Assembly (NCBI GenBank): GCA_021802765.1
Contig: JAJZRI010000002.1
Span: forward strand, 91,348-155,347
DNA length: 64,000 bases
Direction: 5' to 3'
Source of the DNA: Candidatus Micrarchaeota archaeon
GTDB lineage: Archaea; Micrarchaeota; Micrarchaeia; Micrarchaeales; CABMGC01
Shown in pieces: positions 55,097 to 64,000 of this stretch. The notes under the pieces were generated by a model. It was not told the DNA's origin, made no database searches, and saw nothing but the letters and a program-made list of their open reading frames with translations. A program made the translations under genes and the position numbers. The stretch's first letter is position 1; each line of letters opens with the position of its first letter.

Positions 55097-55675
55097 ATGG
55101 ACGACACCGATGCCCTTAAGGCGTATAACAATATCTACTTAGAAATAGTGATGCGCTACAAGGACCAGATAGAGGAACATGAAAGCCTCTATCTTGCGGA
55201 CCTTCCAAAACTGGTCACTCCTACTGACGAGAATGTAATTCTGCTTGCAAAGGATCTGAAGGGAAATTTCCCAGTCTTCAATTATGACGAAAACTTCCCC
55301 CAGGCGGCAGAGCTGGCGTATGGATACGTCAAGAATAACATAAAACAGATTTCATTGCCCATACAGTTTTGGCTAAGGCCAGCGCAGACAATAAAGTATG
55401 CAGCTGGAGATATTTTTGACAAAGCCGTGCTTCTGTGCAGTGTTCTAATTGCACTTGGCAACGTCTCCTCGAGGATCATAGTTGTGGCCAGAGAAACCAG
55501 CAGGAGGTTTATAGTCTATGCGGAGTTCAAAGGTAGGCTCATAACAATAGATCTCGACAAAGGAATTAGGGACATGGTCAGCATAGAAGATCTGCTCAAG
55601 GAACTAAATGTAAACAGCGATGAAGAAACCACTGCTTACGAGTTCAATGATAAGATGTACCGAGATATTTTTTAG
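55097..55675 (+). CDS. hypothetical protein (possibly an inactive transglutaminase-like fold)
   Basis: 192 aa. 'YAAGDIFDKAVLLCSVLIALG' resembles the transglutaminase-core helix but lacks the catalytic Cys at the expected position. The resemblance is weak. Confidence 0.3.
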   Translation: MDDTDALKAYNNIYLEIVMRYKDQIEEHESLYLADLPKLVTPTDENVILLAKDLKGNFPVFNYDENFPQAAELAYGYVKNNIKQISLPIQFWLRPAQTIKYAAGDIFDKAVLLCSVLIALGNVSSRIIVVARETSRRFIVYAEFKGRLITIDLDKGIRDMVSIEDLLKELNVNSDEETTAYEFNDKMYRDIF

Positions 55676-55803
55676 CGCCTTTGCCTTTTCAACTTTGCGC
55701 GTGCTGCCTTCTTGTGCCTTGAGGCAATTCTCTTTCGCGCCCCGTGCCCGATCTTTCTATGCTTCTTTTTTACTGTTTTTTGCATTCCAATCGAGTATTA
55801 GTC

Positions 55804-56862
55804 TTACATCCAATTATTTATTCCTTTTTGTCCTTTGACGCCCCTTAACTCCAACAGCTTGTCGGCAACTTTGCCAACTCTGTCACCTGAGAATTCATGT
55901 TCGTCGCACATGAAGTGCATTATCCCATTCTTGTCGGGTTTCGACTCTGAAAGGAGCTTATTGAATTCCTGACTTGTTATCTGATTTGTTTCTGGATGCT
56001 CAAAAAGTTCAAATACCTCCTTCGGATCTGAATCAAATTCTGCACTGTATTTTTGCCTTACGTAATCGATAACCTCACTAAGTGACTTGTGTTCCTTTAC
56101 TATCTTTAAAGCAGTCACAGGTCCAACCTTTTCTATGCCGCTGTTAAAGTCTGTGCCCATGAGCATACCTAGCATTATGAGCTGCTCTCGATTTATCTGT
56201 AGATTGGAGAGCAATTTTCTGAGCAATATGCGCTCCGGTTTTACGTCTATGTAAACATTCTTCTTTGGCAGCTTTCTCCTGCCACTTATCGTGACGTTTC
56301 TTATTACAACATCTGCCCCGAAAAGGAATGAGTCGTAGTCCTGGCTTGCACTTGCATACACAAGACCACCCTTAACCATCTCCGCAGCCTGTGCCTCCCC
56401 TTCACTGGGGGCCTGAAAGAACGGAATGCCCATGAGCTTTAGCAGCTCCTTTGAACTATCTATTATATCCTTGCTTATCTTGGTGCTTGCCATTGCATGC
56501 GTGCGCGCTTCTTCAAGCTGGCCTGCCTCCTTTGCCTTGGCCCATTCATTCATAGCGTTTGCGCGCCTGTTGGCTCTTGCCTCAAGAGTGCGTCTCTTCA
56601 GTAGCGGTGGCATTCCGTCGAACACATAAACCGGAGTTATCCCATAGTCAAGAAGATTCGATGTCCTGTAAAGTATTCCAGAAAGATGGCTCGTGACCCT
56701 GTTCTTGGAATCAACAAGCGGGCTGCCGTCCGGCTGCCTTATTATTGAAAGGAACTGATAGATGGTGTTGTACGCATCGACGGCAAGTATCCTATTTGAT
56801 ATGTCGCTGAATTCTATCTGCTCCTTGACATCTGCAACAAGCTTGCCAAGCGCTACGGCCAA
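55804..56862 (-). CDS. fen: flap endonuclease 1
   Basis: 352 aa. The sequence starting '(M)AVALGKLV...ILAVDAYNTIYQFL...YVFDGMPP...' contains the XPG-N/XPG-I motifs. An apparent TTG start lies 1 nt after the upstream stop. Confidence 0.85.
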   Translation of the reverse strand: MAVALGKLVADVKEQIEFSDISNRILAVDAYNTIYQFLSIIRQPDGSPLVDSKNRVTSHLSGILYRTSNLLDYGITPVYVFDGMPPLLKRRTLEARANRRANAMNEWAKAKEAGQLEEARTHAMASTKISKDIIDSSKELLKLMGIPFFQAPSEGEAQAAEMVKGGLVYASASQDYDSFLFGADVVIRNVTISGRRKLPKKNVYIDVKPERILLRKLLSNLQINREQLIMLGMLMGTDFNSGIEKVGPVTALKIVKEHKSLSEVIDYVRQKYSAEFDSDPKEVFELFEHPETNQITSQEFNKLLSESKPDKNGIMHFMCDEHEFSGDRVGKVADKLLELRGVKGQKGINNWM

Positions 56863-56863
56863 A

Positions 56864-57346
56864 TCAATTACCCTTGTCCTTCTTGCCCTTGCCCTTTATT
56901 ACTACAGAGTCGCCAAAAGTAACACTATCTGGTTTTGACGATGAGAATCGTTTACCTTCCGGAGCTTCCTGAACTAGGAGCCTTATGCCCAGCTCCTTCT
57001 CAAGTTTCCTTGCCAATCGGTCGTCAGGTAGGTGTTCTCCCTTCTCAACACGTATTATCGTGCTCTCGCGCTCATTTATCCGCTCTGCCAAGACTTTATG
57101 TGAAAAGCCAAGGGACTCCCTAGAATGCTTTATGAGATTACCGAAATTATCGACAATATGGAGCTCTTCCTTCTGCTTCTTTGAAATGATCTTTGGCTTT
57201 TGCTCTTCCCTATTCGAGAACTCTGCCGTTACCTTCTTACCGCGGCCGCATGACGCACAAACGATCATCTCTGCCCCTTCTATGCTCACCTGAAATAGCT
57301 GATCAGACTTTCTTCCGCAGACTTCGCATTCATCCATGGAACTCAT
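56864..57346 (-). CDS. archaeal MBF1-type transcription factor (zinc ribbon + HTH)
   Basis: 160 aa. 'CEVCGRK...CASCGRGK' forms a zinc ribbon. It is followed by the Cro/C1-type HTH 'RESLGFSHKVLAERINERESTIIRVEKGEHLP'. Confidence 0.7.
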   Translation of the reverse strand: MSSMDECEVCGRKSDQLFQVSIEGAEMIVCASCGRGKKVTAEFSNREEQKPKIISKKQKEELHIVDNFGNLIKHSRESLGFSHKVLAERINERESTIIRVEKGEHLPDDRLARKLEKELGIRLLVQEAPEGKRFSSSKPDSVTFGDSVVIKGKGKKDKGN

Positions 57347-57400
57347 CCCAAATTAATTGACCAACTAGTTTATTTATAGCTTGCTTGAGAATAATCAACT

Positions 57401-58873
57401 ATGCCAAAAACCTCTAAAATAGATACTGTGCAAGATTTCAAGCCGGCTGAAACGATTACTGCCATAATGCTTACTCTGATTCTGCTTGCAGGTCTGTGGT
57501 ATTCCGGAATTCCAAAAGTTTATGGCATACTTATTGCACTTGTCATACTGATAATAAGCGGGGAGGCGATACTAAGCCTCAACAATTTCCCAAGGGTATT
57601 TCGTGGAGCGTATATGGCAAGAAGCAATATAGGCCTTGGCCTCATGGACGGGTTGGCGAAGAATAATCGCTGGTTCTGGGAGGGACTTGCGGACTGGGGG
57701 CTTGTGCTTGGATTTGGCATCTTCTCGATATTTCTATTCAAAAAAGACATAAGCAAGAAGATGGTCGCTCTTGGAGTCTTTTCCATATTATTCATATTGA
57801 TATTCATATTGCCCTACACCGTGCTTCCATTTGCATATGTTAATATATACCAGATAACGGACAGGATACGCGGCCTCGCCCCTGCCTTACCGCTCAGTTC
57901 ACTGGATATCATGCAAGTTGGACTTTATGCACTGAGCGTTGCCGGCGGATTTGTACTATATACTATCGCAAGCCTATTCTATGGCGCTGCGCTTGCAGTT
58001 TATGGGATACTACTGGTGGCAGTGACTGCACTGACTTCCACTCCGAATTATTCTGGATTGGGGAACAGTATACCTGGAGTTGCGCCAATAATACCAGGAA
58101 TAACCATACCACTAATACCGGGCCTGCTTGCCTTCGCATTACTACTAATTGTGCATGAATTTTCACATGGGATACTTGCAAGGATAGAAAAAATAAAAGT
58201 GAAATCATCAGGCATTCTTGCCTTCGGCCTTATACCAATAGGGGCGTTTGTCGAGCCTGACGAGAAGGCGATAGGAAAGCTTAGCGGGAAGCTTCAGAAC
58301 AGGATATCCGCCGCGGGAATCTCCGCCAATATGCTCCTTTGCCTGATAATGTTCATACCGATGTTTATAATGTTCTATACAGTCATGCCACATACTCCGC
58401 AGAATTACACGTATATATCGTATGTTGTGCCAAACAGCCCAGCATATGCGGCAAATGTTGTACCTGGATCTGCAATTCTGAAATGGAACGGATATAACAT
58501 AAGCGGGCCTTCGGATATAGAGGTAGCTGCAAAGATGGACAAGCCGAATTCTGCTGTTGGATTAGTAACTAACACCAGCACTTATTCGATAATTGCAAAC
58601 AGTACTGGCAAGATAGGAGTCGGAATAGACGTCGCATCAAAACTCGTAGGGCCTAGTCCAGGACCGATTATATCTTTCCTTTATGCATTTTTCGCGCTGT
58701 CATTCCTATTGAATTTCCTCATAGCAGCAGTGAATCTTTTGCCGATACCGAGCTTTGACGGGTGGAGGATATTCAATACAAGCATAAAGAGCAAGAAGAT
58801 GATGTCACGCATCACATGGCTTGTAATATTGCTCTTTATACTTAATGCGCTGCCTTGGATCTGGAACTTGTAA
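57401..58873 (+). CDS. site-2 protease family (M50) intramembrane metalloprotease with PDZ-like insert
   Basis: 490 aa and polytopic. Contains 'HEFSHGILAR' (HExxH) and 'NLLPIPSFDGWRI' (NxxPxxxxDG). Confidence 0.75.
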   Translation: MPKTSKIDTVQDFKPAETITAIMLTLILLAGLWYSGIPKVYGILIALVILIISGEAILSLNNFPRVFRGAYMARSNIGLGLMDGLAKNNRWFWEGLADWGLVLGFGIFSIFLFKKDISKKMVALGVFSILFILIFILPYTVLPFAYVNIYQITDRIRGLAPALPLSSLDIMQVGLYALSVAGGFVLYTIASLFYGAALAVYGILLVAVTALTSTPNYSGLGNSIPGVAPIIPGITIPLIPGLLAFALLLIVHEFSHGILARIEKIKVKSSGILAFGLIPIGAFVEPDEKAIGKLSGKLQNRISAAGISANMLLCLIMFIPMFIMFYTVMPHTPQNYTYISYVVPNSPAYAANVVPGSAILKWNGYNISGPSDIEVAAKMDKPNSAVGLVTNTSTYSIIANSTGKIGVGIDVASKLVGPSPGPIISFLYAFFALSFLLNFLIAAVNLLPIPSFDGWRIFNTSIKSKKMMSRITWLVILLFILNALPWIWNL

Positions 58874-58883
58874 TCCTTTTGTT

Positions 58884-59393
58884 TTACCAGGGCACTTCCT
58901 TCAACTTAAGTGTGTGTGCAATAAGGTTTGTTAGTGGGTGCATTATTCCAGTCAATATGAATAGAAAGATTATCCCATAGATACTTGGCAAGTTTCCAAA
59001 TGGCATAGAGAAGAGCAGTGCCATTACGAGAAAAAAGTACTGATCCATTATTATGGACTTTTCACCCTCAGTATATCCTTTTTGACGCTTTATGAAGCTG
59101 CCTAGTAGATCTCCGGCATGTGCGCCAAAAGACTGTGCTGTACCAACAAGAAGCATGAACCCGTAACCTGGAAATAATGATTCTGCAAAAGCAATTATTA
59201 TGCCAGAGCATATTCCTGCTATCAGCCCTTTTACAGTTTTATGGTTACCAAATATCCTCTTCTTGCCAATCCGCCTGTTGAGGTCTAGTGGCATTCCGCC
59301 GCCAAATATGACTGGCGCCCCATTTGCAACGTATGCCGGAAATATGAATATTATTGGATATATAATAGTGAGATATAGCCAATCGTACATCAA
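58884..59393 (-). CDS. carS: CDP-archaeol synthase
   Basis: 169 aa membrane protein. 'FPAYVANGAPVIFGG' and 'NHKTVKGLIAG' match the CarS/DUF46 family. Confidence 0.65.
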   Translation of the reverse strand: MMYDWLYLTIIYPIIFIFPAYVANGAPVIFGGGMPLDLNRRIGKKRIFGNHKTVKGLIAGICSGIIIAFAESLFPGYGFMLLVGTAQSFGAHAGDLLGSFIKRQKGYTEGEKSIIMDQYFFLVMALLFSMPFGNLPSIYGIIFLFILTGIMHPLTNLIAHTLKLKEVPW

Positions 59394-59402
59394 ATCACTG
59401 GG

Positions 59403-62084
59403 TCAGGCAATCTTTCCTTCGGCAAACTTCGCGGATCCTCCGCCAACAAATTTCTTCCCTTTGGAATGCTCCTTTAGAAACTTCAGTGCATCGCCTCCGG
59501 ACTTCTCTCCTGCAACGCAAACGACCTCTCCATCCCTGTTCTTTAGAAGAACAATAGCACTACTATTAAGTGCGATTACCTTTGTTGCAATTATTCTGAG
59601 CATGTCCCTAGGCACGTCTATCTCTTTCTCCACACTGTCGGATTCTGACAATGCCCTTGCCGCCTGGTCTGCCATGGTCTCCCTGAACTCCTGAAGCTGC
59701 TTCCTCATCTTCCTGCCCTCTTCCTCGGCGAAGGATATCTTATCAAGTATCTTGAACTGGTCTGAGTTCAATTTCTGCGCAGCTTGCAATAGAGTGTTGC
59801 TTACTGCCCTGAACCTGTCAAGCGCAGCCTCTCCTGCAACGAACTCTATTCGGTTTATTCCGTCATGAAGCCTATAAGAACTTATTATCTTTATCAATGC
59901 AACCGCACTCTCGGTTTTCACTGCATGCAGACCGCCACATGCCTCTGCATCTATGAATTTGCCATCCTTTGACTCTATGAGCACTATGCGCATCTTCTTT
60001 GAAGGTACACCGTGACCCTGATATATCTCAAAGCCATACTTTGATTCGGCATTTCCCCTGTCCATGATATTAACATCTACTTTTATCCCGGCCCGTAACC
60101 ATTGATTTACCTGGTCTTCGATCTCATTGAGCTGCTCATCGCTGAACCTCTCGAAGTGCGCCACATCTATGTGCGCTTTGTCTGGCTCCTTCTTTGCGCC
60201 TTCCTGCCACGCATGTTTTCCTATTATCTTCCTTGCAGCTGCGCTTATCAAGTGAGTTGCCGTATGGTGCGCTATTAGCCTATACCGTATGCCAAGGTCC
60301 ACATCAGCTTCAACTGTAGAGCCTTCAGCTAATTCTCTTACCTGATCAATTGACTTTTCTAGGGTGTGAACTATGACGCCATTGTATTTCTGCACGTCGG
60401 TCACCTTTATCCCAGAGATAGTACCTTGATCTGCAGCCTGCCCACCACCTTCTGGATAGAATGGGGTCTTGTCAAGTATGATATATCTGTCCTTTGACAT
60501 TAGCACTTTTGACCTTGAGCTGCTCTCAAAATCGTAATATAGCTGCTTAGTTTCTGGGATTGTTGACGGCACATTTATCCCAGGTCCTTTTTGCTTGTCC
60601 TTTTTCACAAGATCTCCAACTATTATCCCTTCGTATATGTTATCAGGCATGTCTATTTTCACGTGCCTTTCTGCTGCAACTGACTTTATGAACTCAGGCG
60701 TTACTCCATTACTTTCGTAAAGGATCCTTAGCTTCTTATCGTCAAGTTTTTCGCCCTTTTCGATTATTGCATCGACTACCTTTCCGGAGTTCTCTCGGCT
60801 CTTTAGGTATCGCTTTTCCTCTATATCTATCACCGCTGCAAATTCCCCGTTGTCTACGCACTTTTGCAATTCTGGATAAAGAGGGCTAAGCTCCCTGGCC
60901 TGCAGGGCGGCGATGTCCTGCATGGTGATTCCAAGGCCATACTTCTCTATAAAATCTATCGACCTGCGCAGTATGATCCGTAGGTTGTACCCTCCGCCGA
61001 TGTTTGAGGGGAGAGAACCGTAGGCTATCCCAAAGAGAAGCGTTCGCGTGTGATCAAGGACAGCATATAACGCCTGGGAAGGCCTTACCCGCTTCTCATA
61101 GTCCTCCATAGTTATGCCTACAGATTTTAGGAGGTGCATCTCCTTCTGACGCGCGTTCTTTACCTCGTCAACGTCGAGCTCTCCGGCTATCTTTGCAAAC
61201 TTTTTGAACATGGCAGTATCGAGCTCAATTCCAAGTTTTGGCTTTAGCCGCTTTATTGTGTCGCTAAATACTGCATCATAGGCATTGTCATGCCCGGTGT
61301 AAAACCATAATAACCTCTCGAAGCCCCAACCCACATCAACTACCTTTCCTGCCAGTTCGCTTACTTTTCCATCAACGTATTCGAACTGGGTAAAGACGCT
61401 ATTCACCAGCTCTGCGCCTCCGGCAAAGCTCTCAAGCGAAGGGCCAAACTCCGAGAAGTCTGGCATGGCCCATACATCCTCATTGTAGACTAAATCGCTC
61501 TTCTTCACGCCCAGTGACTTGGTTAGGAAATTGTAATTGAGTTCTATTGTACGGTCCTTCCAGTATCCCTCATTTGGATAGTTGAATGCATGCTGCCCTG
61601 CCATCATGAAAGAAGTAAAATGCCTTCCAGTTACTCCGACATTCTCTATATCGCCAAATCTAAGACACATTTGCGGCACTATTAGGGGATTGCTATTGTA
61701 CTCGAAACTCATCATGCCGTTTTCTATTCTCTGGAAGTCTTGTATGCTTGCTATTGTGAAGTAAAGGTCCTGCCTCCAACGGCTCACTACGGGATAGCTG
61801 CTTATCTCTGCATGGCCATTCTCCTTGAAGAAGTCTGCGAACTTCTTCCAAAAATCTACGTAGCCTATGCTTCTAGGCTTTTCCCTGAAAAAAGAGTATT
61901 CAGTATGGGAGCTGTCTTCACAGGTGTCCCTGTTTTCTATGCTCCAGAAGTTCTTTCCGCAAATTTTGCACGTGTGCCTTGAAAAACCTTCTTCATCAAA
62001 TAGTTTTACCTTATAGTGCTCGTTGGCCCTCTTCGAGAATTCCTCCCTAAGTTTCGGCTTGCTTAGATTTTTTCCATCAATCAT
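59403..62084 (-). CDS. alaS: alanyl-tRNA synthetase (archaeal type)
   Basis: 893 aa. Contains the editing-domain motifs 'HHTATHL' and 'CGGLHV' and a C-terminal DHHA1-like region. Confidence 0.9.
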   Translation of the reverse strand: MIDGKNLSKPKLREEFSKRANEHYKVKLFDEEGFSRHTCKICGKNFWSIENRDTCEDSSHTEYSFFREKPRSIGYVDFWKKFADFFKENGHAEISSYPVVSRWRQDLYFTIASIQDFQRIENGMMSFEYNSNPLIVPQMCLRFGDIENVGVTGRHFTSFMMAGQHAFNYPNEGYWKDRTIELNYNFLTKSLGVKKSDLVYNEDVWAMPDFSEFGPSLESFAGGAELVNSVFTQFEYVDGKVSELAGKVVDVGWGFERLLWFYTGHDNAYDAVFSDTIKRLKPKLGIELDTAMFKKFAKIAGELDVDEVKNARQKEMHLLKSVGITMEDYEKRVRPSQALYAVLDHTRTLLFGIAYGSLPSNIGGGYNLRIILRRSIDFIEKYGLGITMQDIAALQARELSPLYPELQKCVDNGEFAAVIDIEEKRYLKSRENSGKVVDAIIEKGEKLDDKKLRILYESNGVTPEFIKSVAAERHVKIDMPDNIYEGIIVGDLVKKDKQKGPGINVPSTIPETKQLYYDFESSSRSKVLMSKDRYIILDKTPFYPEGGGQAADQGTISGIKVTDVQKYNGVIVHTLEKSIDQVRELAEGSTVEADVDLGIRYRLIAHHTATHLISAAARKIIGKHAWQEGAKKEPDKAHIDVAHFERFSDEQLNEIEDQVNQWLRAGIKVDVNIMDRGNAESKYGFEIYQGHGVPSKKMRIVLIESKDGKFIDAEACGGLHAVKTESAVALIKIISSYRLHDGINRIEFVAGEAALDRFRAVSNTLLQAAQKLNSDQFKILDKISFAEEEGRKMRKQLQEFRETMADQAARALSESDSVEKEIDVPRDMLRIIATKVIALNSSAIVLLKNRDGEVVCVAGEKSGGDALKFLKEHSKGKKFVGGGSAKFAEGKIA

Positions 62085-62090
62085 AAAATC

Positions 62091-63056
62091 TCATTTTTGA
62101 TACCATGTAAGGCATTTGTCTCCGAAGAATCTGCAGACGCGGCACTTCCATTTTTCAGCTTCTGGAACCGCATTTGCATCCCTTTCTCCATTCCAATATT
62201 TCATAGCATATATTAAATCCTTGTTGAGCGCGCCGATGTCGTACTTTACTGTAAGGTCAGCAACGACCTCATTATTGCTCCTGTTTACATAATGGATCAT
62301 TACATTGTCCGAAAGATCAGGCAGTCGACCCATCTTCTCAAACATACTAGTGTATATACCCCTAATAGAAAGCAATTCATCCTTTACACCTATGCTCTTG
62401 AGACCCGACACAAATTCTGCGGAGAGAGTAGACTGGCTGAGCTTATAGTAAACGTCAAGATTCTGGAAGTTGAAAAGCTGCTTTTTGAGCTCTTCTAATA
62501 GTTTTCGGTACAGCAGCGCCTGAACGAAGTGCGGACGGGTATATTCAGGTGACATTTTGCCTCCCCTGTCCCCGGTAGTCTTATTCTCGACTATGACTAT
62601 CTTCCCACCATCCATTCTTAGTTCATCGATCTGACCGACGACAAGAAATCCGTTTATTGCCCCATATATCTTAAGTTCTCTTGCAACGCCCTTTTCCATG
62701 AGGGTGCTCATGGTCAGTATATTCTCGTACGCTGTTTTGTACATCTTGTCCGGCCAGGTTAGCGCTTCTACCGTAAGTTCGCGGTATACCTGCACCTGCA
62801 TCTGCTGGTGTATAGCCGAGCCTTTGTCCATCGCTTTGTTTGTTTTGAAACCGTAGAGGTACGAGAGCTCCATTTGCTTCTCGCACCAGAACTGGGTCGC
62901 TATGTCCTTGGCAGATATGCTTTTTTTGTGCAATTTTTCAAGCACATTTGTTTTGGGTGTGGTTGTGTTGGACATATAATCAGACTGCCTACCGATCGTC
63001 ATCGCTTGCGCTCGGCGATCACCCTTATCATCATATCGATTTTTATGCGTTGTCAA
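62091..63056 (-). CDS. PD-(D/E)XK nuclease with a Cas4/EXO5-type 4-Cys cluster
   Basis: 321 aa. Contains an N-terminal Cys ('QFWCEKQ'), 'GQIDEL', 'IVENKT' (D...ExK), 'QALLYRKL' (QxxxY) and a C-terminal 'CRVCRFFGDKC' (CX2CX5C). Confidence 0.6.
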   Translation of the reverse strand: MTTHKNRYDDKGDRRAQAMTIGRQSDYMSNTTTPKTNVLEKLHKKSISAKDIATQFWCEKQMELSYLYGFKTNKAMDKGSAIHQQMQVQVYRELTVEALTWPDKMYKTAYENILTMSTLMEKGVARELKIYGAINGFLVVGQIDELRMDGGKIVIVENKTTGDRGGKMSPEYTRPHFVQALLYRKLLEELKKQLFNFQNLDVYYKLSQSTLSAEFVSGLKSIGVKDELLSIRGIYTSMFEKMGRLPDLSDNVMIHYVNRSNNEVVADLTVKYDIGALNKDLIYAMKYWNGERDANAVPEAEKWKCRVCRFFGDKCLTWYQK

Positions 63057-63070
63057 TAATTAATAACCTT

Positions 63071-63688
63071 ATGTTAATCGACAGGTACAGTTTATTTATT
63101 TTTGACTGGGACGGAACGCTAGCAACTTCTACAACGCTGGTTAAAGCGGCCAGACTGCTCCAGACAAGATACAAGATAGAAACCATTGACAAGCATGATT
63201 GGAAAAGCAGCGAAAGCAAGGCTAAGATAGAAGACGCGGTGAAGATAAATCGCTTTTATGCAATGATCTACGAGCTATATTCTACATTTTACAGGCCTCA
63301 GTTGAAACCAGGTGCTCTTGAGTTATTGAAATTGCTCAAGAGAAAAGGGAAGAAAATTGCGATATTTAGCGACGCCAACAAGCATAGGCTTTTCATAGAA
63401 ACCAAAAGACTTGGCGTAGACAAATACGTTGACTTTTCTCTAAGTGCTGCAAGCATTAAAAAGTACAAGCCAAATCCCATAGGAATAAAAGAGATAGTCA
63501 GGAGATTGGGCGTAAAAAACAAGCAGAGCCTTTACATAGGAGATATGGCAGTTGACGTGTACGTAGCCAGATTTGCCGGGATAGACTCCTGCGCCGTGAG
63601 TGACGGGGTTGACCCGCAAGATGTGCTGGAACGGGTAGGTCCTAACCATCTTGTAAAGAATCTCAAGGCGCTTACTGTGGCTAGATAA
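63071..63688 (+). CDS. HAD-superfamily hydrolase (phosphoglycolate-phosphatase-like)
   Basis: 'LFIFDWDGTLA' is motif I (DxDxT). 'IAIFSDANK' and 'YIGDMAVDV' are the later motifs. The start is taken at ATG 63071 rather than the ORF-track start at 62948. Confidence 0.75.
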   Translation: MLIDRYSLFIFDWDGTLATSTTLVKAARLLQTRYKIETIDKHDWKSSESKAKIEDAVKINRFYAMIYELYSTFYRPQLKPGALELLKLLKRKGKKIAIFSDANKHRLFIETKRLGVDKYVDFSLSAASIKKYKPNPIGIKEIVRRLGVKNKQSLYIGDMAVDVYVARFAGIDSCAVSDGVDPQDVLERVGPNHLVKNLKALTVAR

Positions 63689-63799
63689 GTACTTTTCGAC
63701 TGTCAAATTGGCATTTGACCGATAGCTTTATAAATGAAGGCACATATATCTTATTGAAGTAGGAAAGCGGAAATCGCTAATTCTACAGAGGAAAATAGA

Positions 63800-64000
63800 A
63801 TGCCAAGAGACTTTGGAAACGGACACGACGGAGAAGGAAGAGGAGGAGATAGGAGAGGAGGCGGAAGAGGCCTTAACCCTAATTATTTCCTGCCAAAACC
63901 TGTAAAGGTCGGAGATGAAGTGGAAGTAACCATAGATGCAACTGCATCTAAGGGAGACGGACTTGCAAAGAAGGACGGATTTGTCATCTTTGTGAAGGAC
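63800..64000 (+). CDS. TRAM-domain protein with Arg/Gly-rich N-terminus (partial, runs off the window)
   Basis: My manual translation is 'MPRDFGNGHDGEGRGGDRRGGGRGLNPNYFLPKPVKVGDEVEVTIDATASKGDGLAKKDGFVIFVKD'. This is typical of small archaeal TRAM proteins. Confidence 0.6.
   Translation, partial: MPRDFGNGHDGEGRGGDRRGGGRGLNPNYFLPKPVKVGDEVEVTIDATASKGDGLAKKDGFVIFVKD

Noticed and set aside
62091-63056. A Cas4-like gene as an indicator of a CRISPR-Cas locus.
   Set aside because: I saw no direct-repeat/spacer array or other cas genes anywhere in the 64 kb. The neighbours are alaS and a HAD hydrolase.

Overview
The window is a compact, mostly coding stretch of an archaeal chromosome, moderately AT-rich. 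All calls come from reading the supplied translations and the DNA by eye; no searches were run.

Archaeal identity rests on these markers:
- Alba, flap endonuclease FEN-1 and aMBF1
- ribosomal proteins uS15 and eS1
- CDP-archaeol synthase and a UbiA/DGGGP-type prenyltransferase
- an intron-containing tRNA
- a 16S rRNA flanked by a long processing stem, with TATA boxes about 25-35 nt upstream of genes

The 16S is divergent at normally invariant sites and is not followed by a 23S gene. Together with the small-genome feel, this suggests a DPANN/Micrarchaeota-like lineage. That assignment is inference only.

Housekeeping content:
- ValRS, AlaRS, AsnRS and two AspRS (one archaeal-type, one bacterial-type)
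- a tightly coupled gatC-gatA-gatB operon
- LipA plus a split LplA/LplB lipoate ligase
- an ITPase, an EndoQ-like PHP nuclease, an ABC-2 exporter, an S2P protease, a parvulin, a Nudix hydrolase and an aspartate racemase

Most unusual features:
1. A co-directional nine-gene cluster on the minus strand (4281-11025). It holds six tandem, highly divergent, minimal protein-kinase-like paralogs, one of which has lost every catalytic residue. It also holds an embedded HExxH protein, a helical protein, a 2-TM protein and one unknown. A stand-alone GGDEF diguanylate-cyclase gene with an archaeal-style promoter converges on this cluster.
2. Three tandem Cab-type beta-carbonic-anhydrase-like paralogs with extra C-terminal domains (49497-52121).
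3. A free-standing, half-degenerate LAGLIDADG ORF directly downstream of the unlinked 16S.
4. A decayed integrated element next to tRNA-Ser, bounded by a 12-bp direct repeat.
5. A small IS5-like element with TAG target duplications.

No CRISPR array is present.
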